Shown piece after piece: positions 30,367 through 45,261 of a DNA stretch of 64,000 nt. Position 1 is the stretch's first letter, and each line of letters starts with the position of its first letter. Made by a program: the position numbers and the translations under genes. Below the pieces are notes generated by a model. It saw only the letters and a program-made list of their open reading frames with translations, did no database searches and was not told the DNA's origin. The DNA lies in assembly GCA_965116025.1 (NCBI GenBank), contig OZ220480.1, positions 608,001 to 672,000 of the forward strand. Reading direction: 5' to 3'. The DNA is from an uncultured candidatus Porisulfidus sp. (GTDB lineage Bacteria > Pseudomonadota > Gammaproteobacteria > Poriferisulfidales > Poriferisulfidaceae).

Positions 30367-31409
30367 GATCCCCGCTTCTCTCCATCGCCTTAGCCTTGGC
30401 GGCCTTGGCCACGCCGGCTCCCGCGCAGGATCAGGGGCCGCCCGCCACGCTCGTCGTGGTCGAGCCAGCGCGAAACAGGCTCGTGGCTCCCAAGGCGACG
30501 CACAGCGCCACGGTCATCAGTCGCAACGACGCCAGCCTGTCCGGAGAGATCGCCGGGCTCCTGACGTGGGTCGCGGAAGTCGGCGACCGCGTCCGAAAGG
30601 GGGAGAGCGTCGCGCGACTTGACGACACGTTCTTCCAGCAACAAGTGATCGAGGAACGATCCATCATTCAGAGAGAGCGAGCCCGATTCGATTTTCACAC
30701 CCGCCAGGCGGAGCGCCTGGAGAGATTGCTGGCGGAGAACAACGTCGCGCGTAGCCAAGTCGATCAGGAGAGGACGGACCGCTCCGTCGCGCGCAACAAC
30801 ATTCTTTCCGCCCAAGCTCGCTTGGCGCGGGCCGAGGAGCGGCTCCGGCGCGCCAGCGTCCTCGCGCCGTTCGATGGCGTCGTGTCGGAGCGCTGGCTGC
30901 AAGCCGGAGAGTGGGCCGATAACGGAGACCCTATCGCGCGTCTCGTCAGCGTCGACGACTTGGAGATCGAGGTCCACGTCCCGGCCAGCTCCCTTGATCT
31001 CGTGGCGGTCGGCTCCCCGCTGGGCTATACCGACGGAAATGCCTCTGGAACCGGGACGGTGCGCGCGATCGTGCCGGTGGGCGGGGACGTATCCCGGTTG
31101 TACGAGTTGAGAATTTCCGTGTCGGACCCCGCGTTAAGCGCCGGCTCCCTGTTACGGGTCGCCGTGCCAACCGCGCGGGCGCGCGAGGCCGTGATGGTGC
31201 CGCGCGACGCTCTGGTCTTGCGCCGCGAGGGAACGTACGTGTATCGGATCACCCAGGATAACTTGGCCGAGAAGGTCCCGGTCCAGACCGGGGTCGCCGA
31301 GGACCAGGATATCGAAGTCCTCGGCGGAATTCGCGCGGGCGATCCGGTGGTCGTGCGCGGCGGGGAGTACCTGCGCCCCGGGACGCCGGTCCAGGCGAAA
31401 TCCCCGTAG
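30363..31409 (+). CDS. RND efflux periplasmic adaptor (MFP)
   Basis: Signal peptide from GTG 30363; [15 protein letters not shown]; APFDGVV; VPRDAL; upstream of the RND permease. Confidence 0.88.
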   Translation: MRSPLLSIALALAALATPAPAQDQGPPATLVVVEPARNRLVAPKATHSATVISRNDASLSGEIAGLLTWVAEVGDRVRKGESVARLDDTFFQQQVIEERSIIQRERARFDFHTRQAERLERLLAENNVARSQVDQERTDRSVARNNILSAQARLARAEERLRRASVLAPFDGVVSERWLQAGEWADNGDPIARLVSVDDLEIEVHVPASSLDLVAVGSPLGYTDGNASGTGTVRAIVPVGGDVSRLYELRISVSDPALSAGSLLRVAVPTARAREAVMVPRDALVLRREGTYVYRITQDNLAEKVPVQTGVAEDQDIEVLGGIRAGDPVVVRGGEYLRPGTPVQAKSP

Positions 31410-31416
31410 GCGCCGC

Positions 31417-34400
31417 ATGGGCCTGATCCGGCTCGCCCTCGGCAATCCGGTAGCGACGCTGTCCGGGTGCCTGCTCGTCATCCTGTTCGGGTCGGTCACC
31501 CTGACCCATCTCCCGGTCCAGCTCGTCCCCGAGGTGGAGCGGCCCGAGATATCCATCACGACCAATTGGCGCGCCGCCGCCCCGGAGGAGGTCGAGTCCG
31601 AGATCATCGAGCCCCAGGAGAAGCAGCTTCGCGGCCTGCCCGGCGCGAAGGAGCTCCTCTCCGAAGCCAGCACGGGCGTCGGCAAGATCACGATCACCCT
31701 GCAGGTGGGGCAGGACATGGGCCGCGCCCTGATCGAGGTCATCAACCGCCTGAACCGCGTCCCGAGCTATCCCGCGGACGCCGACGAGCCGACGCTCCGC
31801 ATGGCCGGAGGACGCGGTCGCGCCATCGCCTGGTTCATCGTCCGCCCGGGCGAGGGCAACGAGAGGCCGATCGAAAGATATCGGGATTTCATCGAGGATT
31901 TCGTGCAGGCGCGCCTGGAACGCGTTCCCGGCGTGGCGCTCTCCCAAGTGTACGGCGGCGACGAGAACCAGATCCGCATCACGGTCGACCCATACAAGGC
32001 GGCGGGACTGGGAATCGATCTGACCGAGGCGATCGCGCTGGCTTCCGGGAACGTGGACGTCTCCGGAGGCACGGCGGACGTCGGCAAGCGCCGCTACACG
32101 TTGCGCTATTCCGGCGCGCTAGGCGCCCGGCAACTGGAGGAACTGATTCTGGCGTGGCGGGACGGCCGGCCCGTGGCTCTGGGGGACATCGCCCGCGTCG
32201 ACGTTCTTCCGGCCGACCGGAGCAACTTCGTGATCACCGAGAACGGACCCTCGATCGCGGTCAACGCGCATCGGCAGTCCGGCGTCAACGTGCTCCAGAC
32301 CATGGACGATATTCGCGCCGCGGTCGAGGATATCCGGAGCGGCCCCCTGAAGCGCGCCAACCTCACCATCACGCAGGTCTACGACGAGACCGTCTACATC
32401 GACAGCGCCATCGAGCTGCTGCGCAACAGCCTGAGCCTGGGCGTTCTGCTGGCGGTAGCGGTCCTGTGGTGGTTCCTGCGCAAGCTGCGCGCCACGCTGA
32501 CGGTCGCCCTGACGATCCCGCTGTGCCTGTTCGTGACCCTCGTCGTGATGAACATGACGGGCCGCACCCTCAACATCATCTCCCTGGCGGGCATGGCGTT
32601 CGCCGTCGGAATGGTCATGGACGCCGCCATCATCGTGCTGGAGAACATCGTGCGCATGCGCGAGCGCGGCATGCGATCTCGAGAAGCGGCGGTCGAGGGG
32701 GTGCGCCAGGTGTGGCCGGCCCTGCTCGCGTCCACGGTGACGACCGTCGCGATCTTCCTGCCCATCATTTTCATGAAGGACCAGAGCGGACAGCTCTTCG
32801 CGGACCTCGCCATCGTGATCTCATCCGCCATCGCGATGTCGCTGCTGGTCGCGTGCGTGGTCATCCCGGTCGCGAAGCATTCGTTTCTGGCCAAAAGCGA
32901 GCTGACCCGCCTGCACGATTCCTGGTGGCGGCGCGCGACCTCGCTCATCATGGCCCTCACCGGCACCGCGACCCTGCGCGCCTTGTGGATCTTCGGGCTG
33001 ATCGGCATCGCGGCGGCCGGCACCTGGCTGGTCTTCCCGAAGGCCGACTACCTGCCCACGGGCGACCGCAATTTGGTGATCGGGATCGTGATCCCGCCCC
33101 CGGGCGTCAACGTCGACCACATCGAGAAGGAAATGGGCGAGGTCATCGTCGCGCGCCTGCAGCCCTATCTTAGGGGGGAGAGCGCCCCGAAGATCGAGCG
33201 CTTCTTCTTCGTCGCGTCTTCCGGGTCCGTCTTCCTAGGCGCGGTCTCCGAGGATTCCTCGAAGGAGAAGGTCGACCAGCTGGTCGGGGTCGTGAATCAG
33301 GCAGTGTCGGGCTTTCCGGACAGTTTCGCCATCGCCCAGAAGGTTTCTCTGTTCAGCGGCGCCGGTGGACGCGCGGAAATCGACATCAACGTCCAAGGCG
33401 GCGACATCGACGAGCTGCTGGAAGCCGCGCGGGTCGGCTTCGGCGCGATCCCGGGAGTCTTCGGCGGCGCCCGCGCCCGGCCGCGGCCTGGCCTCGAGCT
33501 GGCCGAGCCCGAGCTGCGGATGACGCCCAACAACGAGCGCCTGGCCGAGGTCGGATGGACTCGCGGCATGATGGCCAGCATCTCGCGCTTTCTCGGTCAG
33601 GGAGTCTTCGTGGCCGAGCATTTCGACGGCGAGAGAAAGCGCGACGTGATCGCCCGGGTGGAGCCTTGGGAGACCCCGGAGGAGCTCGCGGCGATCCCTC
33701 TGCGCACCGCCAAGGGGGGCGTGCTGCCGGTCAGCGAGCTGCTCCACATCGAGCGCACGGCCGGCCCGAACCAGATCCGCCGGTTGGACCGCCGTCGCGC
33801 GGTGACGCTGGAACTGCGCCCGCCGGAGGGGATGGCGCTGGAAGAGGCGATCGAGAAGATCGAGCGGGAGGTCGTGCCGGCGATGGAGGAGCGATTGCCC
33901 GAGGACGGAGAGATCCGGCTCAGCGGCTCCGCGGACAACCTGAAAGAGGCGATCCGGAGCTTCGCCGGCACCTTCCTGCTGGCGGTCGTCATCCTCTACT
34001 TGCTGGTCAGCAGCCTGTTCCGGTCCTTCCTGGACGGAATCTGGGTTCTTCTGACGTTGCCGCTCGCGACGGTGGGCGGGGCGCTCATGCTGCGCCTGCT
34101 CGGCATCCCCGCGGACCTTCTGACCATGCTCGGCTTCATCGCCGTCCTGGGCCTGGTCGTGAACAACGCCATCCTCCTCGTGCATCAGACGCGCGTCGCC
34201 GAGCGCGAGGGGAAATCCCGGCGCGACGCGGTGCGGGAAGCCGTGCAGGTGCGCCTGCGGCCGATCCTGATGAGCGCGCTCACCGGCATCTTCGGGATGC
34301 TGCCCCTGTTGCTGCTGCCCGGGGCCGGCTCCGAGATCTACCGGGGATTCGCGGGCGTCATCGTCGGCGGGATGACCGTCAGCGCCGTCTTCACGCTGAT

Positions 34401-34455
34401 TCTTCTGCCCAGCCTCCTGCAGATCGGAAAGGCGCAGGCGCGCGCGGAGACCTGA
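31417..34455 (+). CDS. RND efflux permease (AcrB/MdtC family)
   Basis: 1012 aa; GMVMDAAIIVLENI, GLVVNNAILLV, RLRPILMS. Confidence 0.95.
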   Translation: MGLIRLALGNPVATLSGCLLVILFGSVTLTHLPVQLVPEVERPEISITTNWRAAAPEEVESEIIEPQEKQLRGLPGAKELLSEASTGVGKITITLQVGQDMGRALIEVINRLNRVPSYPADADEPTLRMAGGRGRAIAWFIVRPGEGNERPIERYRDFIEDFVQARLERVPGVALSQVYGGDENQIRITVDPYKAAGLGIDLTEAIALASGNVDVSGGTADVGKRRYTLRYSGALGARQLEELILAWRDGRPVALGDIARVDVLPADRSNFVITENGPSIAVNAHRQSGVNVLQTMDDIRAAVEDIRSGPLKRANLTITQVYDETVYIDSAIELLRNSLSLGVLLAVAVLWWFLRKLRATLTVALTIPLCLFVTLVVMNMTGRTLNIISLAGMAFAVGMVMDAAIIVLENIVRMRERGMRSREAAVEGVRQVWPALLASTVTTVAIFLPIIFMKDQSGQLFADLAIVISSAIAMSLLVACVVIPVAKHSFLAKSELTRLHDSWWRRATSLIMALTGTATLRALWIFGLIGIAAAGTWLVFPKADYLPTGDRNLVIGIVIPPPGVNVDHIEKEMGEVIVARLQPYLRGESAPKIERFFFVASSGSVFLGAVSEDSSKEKVDQLVGVVNQAVSGFPDSFAIAQKVSLFSGAGGRAEIDINVQGGDIDELLEAARVGFGAIPGVFGGARARPRPGLELAEPELRMTPNNERLAEVGWTRGMMASISRFLGQGVFVAEHFDGERKRDVIARVEPWETPEELAAIPLRTAKGGVLPVSELLHIERTAGPNQIRRLDRRRAVTLELRPPEGMALEEAIEKIEREVVPAMEERLPEDGEIRLSGSADNLKEAIRSFAGTFLLAVVILYLLVSSLFRSFLDGIWVLLTLPLATVGGALMLRLLGIPADLLTMLGFIAVLGLVVNNAILLVHQTRVAEREGKSRRDAVREAVQVRLRPILMSALTGIFGMLPLLLLPGAGSEIYRGFAGVIVGGMTVSAVFTLILLPSLLQIGKAQARAET

Positions 34456-34710
34456 CGCGCGGCGGGACGGGTACCGGTCCCGGGGGCCGCCCGGGCGGCG
34501 ACGGCGACAGGCCCCGAAATCGCCCGCTTCCAGCCCAAAATCGAGTCGAACCCTCGCCGCCAAGCGCGCGCGAAATCCCGAGCAAGCGAGAATCGTTAGA
34601 ATCGATAGGCTCGGAGATCGAGGACGGGAGCGCGTCCCGGCGGCGCCCGCCCGCCTGTGCTAAAATTCGCGCCCGACATTCAGGTGTCGAGGGCGAGGAC
34701 GCGAACCGTG

Positions 34711-36231
<1,521 letters not shown>

Positions 36232-36250
36232 GCCGCAGGGAAGCGTCCCG

Positions 36251-36721
36251 GTGAACATCAATCTCACGCTGATCGGGCAGGCGATCTCGTTCGCGATCTT
36301 CGTCTGGTTCTGCATGCGGTTCGTCTGGCCGCCGGTGATCGGCGCGCTGGAGGCCCGCAAGAAGCGCATCGCCGACGGGCTGGCGGACGCGGACGCGGCC
36401 CAAGCCGAGCGCGAGCGGGCCGAGCGCGAGGCGCGGCAGGCCACGGGGCGGGCCCGGGAGGAGGCCTCCCGCATTCTGGCCCAGGCGGAGCGCCGCGCCG
36501 GCGAGATCGTGGCGACCGCGCGAACCGCGGCGAAGACCGAAGGCGAGCGGATCCTGGACCAGGCCCAGGAAGAGATCGACAAGAGCGTCCAGCAGGCGCG
36601 CGAGCGATTGCGCGGGGAGGTGGCCTCCCTGGCGGTCGCGGGCGCCGAGGCGGTGTTGCGCCGCGAGGTCGATTCCGAGGCCCACGCCGACGCCCTGCGG
36701 CAACTGGCGGAGCGGCTGTGA
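36251..36721 (+). CDS. atpF: ATP synthase Fo subunit b
   Basis: [27 protein letters not shown]. Confidence 0.97.
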   Translation: MNINLTLIGQAISFAIFVWFCMRFVWPPVIGALEARKKRIADGLADADAAQAERERAEREARQATGRAREEASRILAQAERRAGEIVATARTAAKTEGERILDQAQEEIDKSVQQARERLRGEVASLAVAGAEAVLRREVDSEAHADALRQLAERL

Positions 36722-37248
36722 GCGCCGCCACCGCGGCCCGCCCCTACGCCCGCGCCGCCTTCGGCTACGCGCGGGAGCATGGCGCCTTGGACCGATTCTC
36801 GGACATGCTGGCCGCCGCGGCGGCGCTGGTCGACCACCCGCGTCTTCGCGCCCTGCTGCGCGATCCGCGCCTGACCCGCGCGCGCCGCGCGGAAATGCTG
36901 GAGGCTTTGGGCGGCGAGCGCTTCGACGAGCCCATGCGGCGGTTGTTGCGCATGCTCGCGGAGCGCGACCGATTGCCGATGCTGCCGGAGATCCGGGAGC
37001 GGTTCGAGCGCGCGCGCGCCGAGCGCGAGCGGCGCCTGACCGCCGAGGTGATCAGCGCCCGGGACCTGGATCCGGAGCAGCGGGAGCGCATCCGCGCGGC
37101 GCTGGAGGCGCGCGTCGGAAAGACCGTGGAGCTGGTCGCGCGGACCGACGAGCGGCTGCTCGGCGGCGCGGTCGCGCGCGCTGGCGACCGGGTGCTGGAC
37201 GCCTCGCTCCAGTGGCGCCTGCGGCAGCTCGCGCGAAGCCTGGCCTGA
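36718..37248 (+). CDS. atpH: ATP synthase F1 delta
   Basis: ARPYARAAF...[17 protein letters not shown]. Confidence 0.95.
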   Translation: MSAATAARPYARAAFGYAREHGALDRFSDMLAAAAALVDHPRLRALLRDPRLTRARRAEMLEALGGERFDEPMRRLLRMLAERDRLPMLPEIRERFERARAERERRLTAEVISARDLDPEQRERIRAALEARVGKTVELVARTDERLLGGAVARAGDRVLDASLQWRLRQLARSLA

Positions 37249-37276
37249 CTGACCCCCATAACAGGAGGAGAACCGA

Positions 37277-38821
37277 ATGTCCGCCTTGAACCCAACCGAA
37301 ATATCCGAACTGATCAAGCGACGGATCGCCGAGTTCGACGTGGCGCCGCAAGCGGCGAGCGAGGGCACGGTGGTCATGGTCACCGACGGCATCGTGCGCG
37401 TCCATGGCCTGAGCGACGTGATGTCCGGCGAGATGATCGCGCTGCCGGGCGACAGCCACGCCATCGCGCTCAACCTGGAGCGCGACTCGGTCGGCGCCGT
37501 CGTGCTCGGCGACTACCGCCATATCCGGGAGGGCGACACGGCCCGCTGCACCGGGCGCATTCTTGAGGTCCCGGTCGGCGAGGCCCTGCTGGGCCGGGTC
37601 GTGAACTCGCTCGGCGAGCCGATCGACGGCAAGGGAGACCTGGAGCTGGAGGCCCGCTCCCCGATCGAGAAGATCGCGCCCGGCGTGATCGAGCGCCAGT
37701 CGGTCAGCCAGCCGGTGCAGACCGGTCTGAAGTCGATCGACGCGATGGTGCCGGTCGGGCGCGGGCAGCGCGAGCTGATCATCGGCGATCGCCAGACCGG
37801 CAAGACCGCGCTGGCCATCGACACGATCATCAACCAGAAGGGCGCCGACCTCCTGTGCATCTACGTCGCGATCGGGCAGAAGGCCTCCTCCATCGCGGGC
37901 GTGGTGCGCAAGCTGGAGGAGCACGGCGCCATGGAGCACACCATCGTGGTGGCGGCCTCGGCCTCGGAGTCGGCCGCGATGCAGTACATCGCGCCGTACG
38001 CCGGTTGCGCGATGGGCGAGTTCTTCCGCGACCGGGGCGAGGACGCGCTGATCATTTACGACGACCTGACCAAGCAGGCCTGGGCCTACCGCCAGGTCTC
38101 GCTGCTGCTGCGCCGGCCGCCGGGCCGCGAGGCGTATCCCGGCGACGTGTTCTACCTGCACTCGCGCCTGCTGGAGCGGGCCTCCCGCGTCAACGCCGAC
38201 TATGTGGAGAAGATGACCGACGGACGAGTGAAGGGCCGCACCGGCAGCCTCACCGCCCTGCCGGTGATCGAGACCCAGGCGGGCGACGTCTCGGCGTTCG
38301 TCCCGACCAACGTGATCTCCATCACGGACGGCCAGATCTTCCTGGAGACGGACCTGTTCAACGCCGGGTTCCGCCCGGCAATCAACGCCGGGCTGTCGGT
38401 GTCCCGGGTCGGCGGCGCCGCGCAGACCCCGCTGATCAAGAAGCTCGGCGGCGGGGTGCGCCTGGCCCTCGCGCAGTACCGCGAGCTGGCCGCGTTCTCG
38501 CAGTTCGCCTCGGATCTGGACGAGCAGACCCGCAAGCAGCTGGAGCGCGGCGAGCGCGTCATGGAGCTCATGAAGCAGCCCCAGTACCGCCCGCTGACCA
38601 TCGCCGACATGGCACTGTCGCTGTACGCGGTCAACGAGGGCTGGCTCGACGAGGTGGAGGTGGAGAAGGTTCGCGCCTTCGAGTCGGCTCTGCACGCCTA
38701 CGCCCGGTCCGAGCATGGCGACTTCCTGGACGAGCTGAGCCGAACCGGGGCCCACGACGAGGAGATCCTGGCGCGGCTCAAGGACATCCTCGAGACGTTC
38801 GTGAAAACCCAGAGCTGGTGA
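37277..38821 (+). CDS. atpA: ATP synthase F1 alpha
   Basis: [29 protein letters not shown]. Confidence 0.98.
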   Translation: MSALNPTEISELIKRRIAEFDVAPQAASEGTVVMVTDGIVRVHGLSDVMSGEMIALPGDSHAIALNLERDSVGAVVLGDYRHIREGDTARCTGRILEVPVGEALLGRVVNSLGEPIDGKGDLELEARSPIEKIAPGVIERQSVSQPVQTGLKSIDAMVPVGRGQRELIIGDRQTGKTALAIDTIINQKGADLLCIYVAIGQKASSIAGVVRKLEEHGAMEHTIVVAASASESAAMQYIAPYAGCAMGEFFRDRGEDALIIYDDLTKQAWAYRQVSLLLRRPPGREAYPGDVFYLHSRLLERASRVNADYVEKMTDGRVKGRTGSLTALPVIETQAGDVSAFVPTNVISITDGQIFLETDLFNAGFRPAINAGLSVSRVGGAAQTPLIKKLGGGVRLALAQYRELAAFSQFASDLDEQTRKQLERGERVMELMKQPQYRPLTIADMALSLYAVNEGWLDEVEVEKVRAFESALHAYARSEHGDFLDELSRTGAHDEEILARLKDILETFVKTQSW

Positions 38822-38828
38822 CGGACCG

Positions 38829-39695
38829 ATGGCGGGCGAGAAAGAAATTCGCGGCAAGATCGCGAGCATCCGCAACACCCAGAAGATCACCAAGGCGATG
38901 GAGATGGTCGCGGCCAGCAAGATGCGGCGCGCCCAGGAGCGCATGGCGGCCACCCGTCCGTACGCGACGCGGATCCGCGAGGTGATCGGCCACCTGGCGC
39001 ACGCCAGCGCCGAGTACCGCCACCCGTTCCTGGAAAGCCGGGAGGAGGTTCGCGGCGTCGGCTTCATCGTGGTCTCCACCGACCGTGGGCTGTGCGGCGG
39101 CCTCAACGTCAACCTGTTCAAGGCCGTGTTGCGGGAGATGCGGGAGTGGAGAGAGCGGCGGGTTCCGGTGCGGCTTTGCCTGTTCGGCGCCAAGGGCACC
39201 GCGTTCTTCAAGCGCGTCCGCGACGTCGACGTGGTCGCGCAGGCCTCGCATCTGGGCGACGCGCCGAAGCTCGAGGAGGTCATCGGGCACGTCAAGGTCA
39301 TGCTGGACGACTATGTCGAGGGGCGAATCGACCGGGTCTTTCTGGCCGAGAACGAGTTCGTCAACACCATGACGCAGAGGCCGGGCGTCTCGACGCTGCT
39401 GCCCACGCCCGCGGCGGAGCTCGAGGAGCTGGAGCATTATTGGGACTACCTCTACGAGCCCGGCGCGCGCGAGGTGCTGGACGGATTGCTGATGCGCTAC
39501 ATCGAGTCGCTGGTGTACCGCGGCGTGATGGAGAACGTCGCCTGCGAGATGGCGGCGCGCATGGTGGCGATGAAGAGCGCCTCGGACAACGCCGGCAACC
39601 TGATCGACGAGCTGCAGCTGATCTACAACAAGGCGCGGCAGGCGTCGATCACCCAGGAAATCTCGGAAATCGTCGGCGGCGCGGCCGCCGTGTGA
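38829..39695 (+). CDS. atpG: ATP synthase F1 gamma
   Basis: [38 protein letters not shown]. Confidence 0.98.
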   Translation: MAGEKEIRGKIASIRNTQKITKAMEMVAASKMRRAQERMAATRPYATRIREVIGHLAHASAEYRHPFLESREEVRGVGFIVVSTDRGLCGGLNVNLFKAVLREMREWRERRVPVRLCLFGAKGTAFFKRVRDVDVVAQASHLGDAPKLEEVIGHVKVMLDDYVEGRIDRVFLAENEFVNTMTQRPGVSTLLPTPAAELEELEHYWDYLYEPGAREVLDGLLMRYIESLVYRGVMENVACEMAARMVAMKSASDNAGNLIDELQLIYNKARQASITQEISEIVGGAAAV

Positions 39696-41108
<1,413 letters not shown>

Positions 41109-41115
41109 GCCGGAC

Positions 41116-41541
41116 ATGAGCTCCCTGCGGGTCGAGATCGTCAGCGCCGAGAGAGAGATCTACTCGGGCGAGGCGCGCTGGGTGGTCGCGCCCGCCATCA
41201 TGGGCGAGGTCGGCATCCATCCGCGGCACACGCCGCTCATCACCCACCTCAAGCCGGGCGAGGTGCGGGTCGCCACGGCGGAGAAGGGCGAGGAGCTGTC
41301 GTTCTACGTCTCCGGCGGCATGCTGGAGGTGCAGCCAAGCCAGGTGACGGTGCTGTCCGACACGGCGATGCGCGGCGCGGACCTGGACGAGGCGAAGGCC
41401 GAGGAGGCCAAGCGGCGGGCCGAGCAGGCCCTGGCCGACCGCAAGGCCAGCGTCGACGAGGCTCGGGCCCTCGCGGACCTGGCCGAGGCGGCGGCGCAGT
41501 TGCGGATGATCCAGAAACTGCGCAAGACCGGCCGCGGCTGA
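41116..41541 (+). CDS. atpC: ATP synthase F1 epsilon
   Basis: GEVGIHPRHTPLIT, VSGGMLEVQP. Confidence 0.97.
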   Translation: MSSLRVEIVSAEREIYSGEARWVVAPAIMGEVGIHPRHTPLITHLKPGEVRVATAEKGEELSFYVSGGMLEVQPSQVTVLSDTAMRGADLDEAKAEEAKRRAEQALADRKASVDEARALADLAEAAAQLRMIQKLRKTGRG

Positions 41542-41587
41542 CCCCGGGAGGCGTACAATGCCTCCATCACCACCATCCCGGCGCCGC

Positions 41588-42955
41588 ATGGGAACCGAAG
41601 TCGTCATTCTCGCCGGGGGCGCGGGCAACCGCTTGGCGCGGGCCACGCCGAAGCCCTTGCTCGACCTGTGCGGCCGGCCCCTGCTCGGGCACGTCCTGGA
41701 GGCCGCCGCGGCGGTCGCGGACCGGGTCCACGTGGTGCGCGGCCCCGCGCTGGCGGACCCGCTCGCCGAACTGGCCCGAACGTCCGCGATCCCCTTCGTC
41801 TCGCATCTGCAACCTAAGCCGCTTGGCACGGCGGACGCGCTGGGCCACGCCCTTCCGGCGATACGGGACGACGCGACCACGCTGGTCCTGTGCGCGGACG
41901 TCCCGCTACTAAGGCCGGACACCCTGGCGCGCCTGCTGGCCGCCCGCCCGAAAGATGGCCTCGCGCTTCTCGTCACGCGCCAGAGCGACGGCCAGCTAGG
42001 GCGAATCATGCGCGATGATCGCGGGCGGGTGGTCGCCATTCGGGAGCACGCCGACGCCACCGAGGAAGAGCGGCGCGTCGACGAGCGGAACGCTGGCGTG
42101 ATGGCGGCGTCGGCGGGGCGATTCCGCGAATGGCTCGCGCGGATCACCAACGCCAACGCCCAAGGAGAGCTCTATCTGACCGACTGCGTCGCCCAAGCGG
42201 CGCGCGAAGGGACTCCGATCGAGACCCAAGAGTGCGACCCGAACGAGGGGCTGGGCGTCAACACGACCCAGGAATACGCCGTGGTGGCGAAGCGCTGGCA
42301 GCGACGCGCGCGCGCGCGGCTGATGGCGCGCGGAGCCCTGATGGAGGACCCCGACACGGTATGGCTGTCGGCGGAAACTCAGCTGGAAGAGGGCGCGGCG
42401 GTCCGCGTCGGCCCGCACGTCGCGTTTGAAGGGGCGGTCCGCCTGGCCGACGGGGTCAGGATCGGCCCCTACGCCTTGCTGCGCGACTGCGAGATCGGGG
42501 CGGATTCCGAGATCGAGCCGTTCACCGTCGTGGACTCGGCCCGCGTCGGGGCGCGCTGCCGGATCGGGCCCTACGCGCGGATCCGCCCGGAAACCGAGCT
42601 GGGCGAGGGCGCGCGAATCGGAAATTTCGTGGAGATCAAGAAATCCCGGATCGGCGAGCGCTCCAAAATCAACCACCTGTCGTACGTCGGCGACAGCGAG
42701 GTCGGCGCGAACGTCAACCTGGGCGCGGGAACGATCACCTGCAACTACGACGGGGCGCGGAAGCGCGTCACCGTGATCGAGGACGACGTCTTCGTGGGCT
42801 CCGGCGCCCAGCTGGTCGCGCCGCTCACCATCGGCGCCGGCGCGACCATCGGCGCCGGCTCGACCATCACCCGGGACGCGCCGCCCGGAGAGCTGACCCT
42901 GTCGCGCGCCAAGCAAGAGACGCGACCGGGCTGGAAGCGGCCGCGAAAAGACTGA
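41588..42955 (+). CDS. glmU: Bifunctional UDP-GlcNAc pyrophosphorylase/glucosamine-1-P acetyltransferase
   Basis: NANAQGELYLTD, hexapeptide repeats, GNFVEIK, HLSYVGD, TCNYDG. Confidence 0.95.
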   Translation: MGTEVVILAGGAGNRLARATPKPLLDLCGRPLLGHVLEAAAAVADRVHVVRGPALADPLAELARTSAIPFVSHLQPKPLGTADALGHALPAIRDDATTLVLCADVPLLRPDTLARLLAARPKDGLALLVTRQSDGQLGRIMRDDRGRVVAIREHADATEEERRVDERNAGVMAASAGRFREWLARITNANAQGELYLTDCVAQAAREGTPIETQECDPNEGLGVNTTQEYAVVAKRWQRRARARLMARGALMEDPDTVWLSAETQLEEGAAVRVGPHVAFEGAVRLADGVRIGPYALLRDCEIGADSEIEPFTVVDSARVGARCRIGPYARIRPETELGEGARIGNFVEIKKSRIGERSKINHLSYVGDSEVGANVNLGAGTITCNYDGARKRVTVIEDDVFVGSGAQLVAPLTIGAGATIGAGSTITRDAPPGELTLSRAKQETRPGWKRPRKD

Positions 42956-44790
42956 TGTGCGGCATCGTCGGGGCGGCGGCGCGCCGGGACGTGGTCCCCG
43001 CCTTGCTGGACGGCCTGAAACGGCTCGAGTACCGAGGGTACGATTCCGCCGGAATCGCGATTCTCGACGCCAACGGGCTGCGACGGCTGCGGCGCAACGG
43101 AAAGGTCGCCGAGCTGGCGCGGGAAGCCGAATCGGGCGACCTGAGCGGGCCGGTCGGAATCGCGCACACCCGCTGGGCGACCCACGGCGCTCCCTCCGAC
43201 CGCAACGCGCATCCCCACGTCGCGGGCGAGAACGACCGCGTCGCCGTGGTGCACAACGGGATCATCGAGAATCACGCGGCCCTGCGAGAGCTGCAGCGAG
43301 GACAGGGCGTCACGCACGACTCGGACACCGACTCCGAAATCCTGGCGTGCCAGATCGCCGGACATCTGGCCGCGCGGGATAGCCTGCTGGACGCGGTCCG
43401 AGCGACCGTGGACGAGATCGAGGGAAGCTTCGCGTTCGGCGCGATCGATCGCGAGGACCCGGAGCGCGTGGTCGGAGCGCGGCGGGGCAGCCCGCTGGTG
43501 GTGGGGCGCGGCGACGATGGACACTATCTGGCTTCCGACCCGCTGGCGCTGGTGGGCGCCGCGTCCCAATACTTCGCGCTCCAGAACGGCGACATCGTGG
43601 TCGTCAGCGAGACGGAGGCCACGGTCTGGAACGGGAGCGAGACGGCGAGCCGGGAATGGAAGACGCTCCAGAACGCGGAAGCCCGGATCGCGCTGGGCGA
43701 GCACGAGCGCTACATGCGCAAGGAGATCTTCGAGCAGCCCGACGCCGTGGCGCAAACCCTGGAAGGGAGGATCGAGACCGGCCGGGTCGACGACGGGATC
43801 CTCGGTCCCGGCGCGCGCGCCATCCTGGACGCGACGCGCGCCGTGCGAATCGCGGCCTGCGGAACCAGCTACCACGCCGGGCTGGTGGCGCGCCACTGGC
43901 TCGAGCGCCACGCGGGAATCCCATGCCAGGTCGAGATCGCCAGCGAGTTCCGCTACCGCCAGCATGTCCAAGAGCCCAACACCTTGTTCCTCGCCATCTC
44001 CCAGTCCGGAGAGACGGCGGACACCCTGGCCGCGCTGGAGATGGCGAACCGAGACCCGAGCTACCACGCGAGTCTGGCCTTGTGCAACGTCGCGCGCAGC
44101 TCCATGGTCCAGGAGGCCGACCTGACCCTGCTCACCCACGCCGGGCCCGAGATCGGGGTCGCCTCCACCAAGGCGTTCGTCACGCAACTGACGGCGCTGA
44201 TGCTCGTCGTGACGTTGCTAGGCCGCCGCCACGCGCTGGAGCCGGAGGCGGAATCGAGCCTGATCGCGCAGCTGGCCAACCTGCCCACCAGAATCGGGCG
44301 AGCGCTGGAGCTGGACGCGGAGATCGCGTCCTTGGCGAGACGGTTCGCGAGCCGCCACCACGCGCTGTTTCTGGGACGAGGCTCGCACTACCCGATCGCG
44401 ATGGAAGGCGCGCTGAAGCTGAAGGAGATATCCTACATTCACGCCGAGGCCTACGCCGCCGGCGAGCTCAAGCACGGCCCGCTGGCGCTCGTGGACGAGG
44501 ACATGCCGGTCGTCGCTGTCGCGCCGAACAACCGCCTGCTCAAGAAGCTCAAAAGCAATCTGGAGGAAGTGCGGGCGCGGGGCGGACGGCTGTACGTGTT
44601 CGCGGACCGGCGCTCGGGCTTCCAGAGCGACGACCTGATGACCGTGCTCGAGCTGGACGCCCCGGAGAACGCGATCGCGCCCGCGCTGTTCGTCATTCCG
44701 CTGCAGCTGCTGGCGTATCATTGCGCCAAGATCCGGGGCACGGATATCGACCAGCCCCGCAATCTGGCGAAGTCGGTCACCGTGGAGTGA
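42955..44790 (+). CDS. glmS: Glutamine-fructose-6-phosphate aminotransferase
   Basis: MCGIVG, LEYRGYDSAG, HTRWATHG, PRNLAKSVTVE. Confidence 0.98.
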   Translation: MCGIVGAAARRDVVPALLDGLKRLEYRGYDSAGIAILDANGLRRLRRNGKVAELAREAESGDLSGPVGIAHTRWATHGAPSDRNAHPHVAGENDRVAVVHNGIIENHAALRELQRGQGVTHDSDTDSEILACQIAGHLAARDSLLDAVRATVDEIEGSFAFGAIDREDPERVVGARRGSPLVVGRGDDGHYLASDPLALVGAASQYFALQNGDIVVVSETEATVWNGSETASREWKTLQNAEARIALGEHERYMRKEIFEQPDAVAQTLEGRIETGRVDDGILGPGARAILDATRAVRIAACGTSYHAGLVARHWLERHAGIPCQVEIASEFRYRQHVQEPNTLFLAISQSGETADTLAALEMANRDPSYHASLALCNVARSSMVQEADLTLLTHAGPEIGVASTKAFVTQLTALMLVVTLLGRRHALEPEAESSLIAQLANLPTRIGRALELDAEIASLARRFASRHHALFLGRGSHYPIAMEGALKLKEISYIHAEAYAAGELKHGPLALVDEDMPVVAVAPNNRLLKKLKSNLEEVRARGGRLYVFADRRSGFQSDDLMTVLELDAPENAIAPALFVIPLQLLAYHCAKIRGTDIDQPRNLAKSVTVE

Positions 44791-44801
44791 AGGACGAGCG
44801 C

Positions 44802-45251
44802 ATGCCGAACCCCAGGATTCCGCCGCCCGTCGTCGCCATCCTTCTCGGAGGCGGCGCGTACTTCTCGCGAGGATTCTTCCCAAAATTCGATCACGACCTC
44901 CTGTTCTACGCCGGGCTGGGCTTCGAGCTGCTGGGGGCGACGATCACGATCTCGTCCGCGCTCGCGTTCGCGAAGTGGAAGACCACCATGAATCCACTGA
45001 AGCCGCGCGAGGCGTCCTCGCTGATTACTGGGGGAACGTTCGCGCTTTCCCGAAATCCCATGTATCTGGGAATGCTGCTCTTCCTGATCGGTCCCGCCCT
45101 GCAGTTCAACCCCGTCGGGGGGATTCCCATGGCGTTCCTGTTCGCGCTCTACATGAACGCGTTCCAGATTCCTCCCGAGGAGAGCGCGCTCTCGGAGATC
45201 TTCGGAGAGGAGTATCGGGAATACGCCAAGAAAGTCCGGAGATGGATATAG
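44802..45251 (+). CDS. Isoprenylcysteine carboxylmethyltransferase/PEMT-family membrane protein
   Basis: TTMNPLKP, SRNPMYLG, PEESAL..FGEEY..Y...VRRWI. Confidence 0.88.
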   Translation: MPNPRIPPPVVAILLGGGAYFSRGFFPKFDHDLLFYAGLGFELLGATITISSALAFAKWKTTMNPLKPREASSLITGGTFALSRNPMYLGMLLFLIGPALQFNPVGGIPMAFLFALYMNAFQIPPEESALSEIFGEEYREYAKKVRRWI

Positions 45252-45261
45252 CGCGCGGCGC

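Noticed and set aside
30363-34455. RND/MFP pair as the exporter of the RTX proteins
   Set aside because: Type I secretion needs an ABC transporter; this is an AcrB-family pump.
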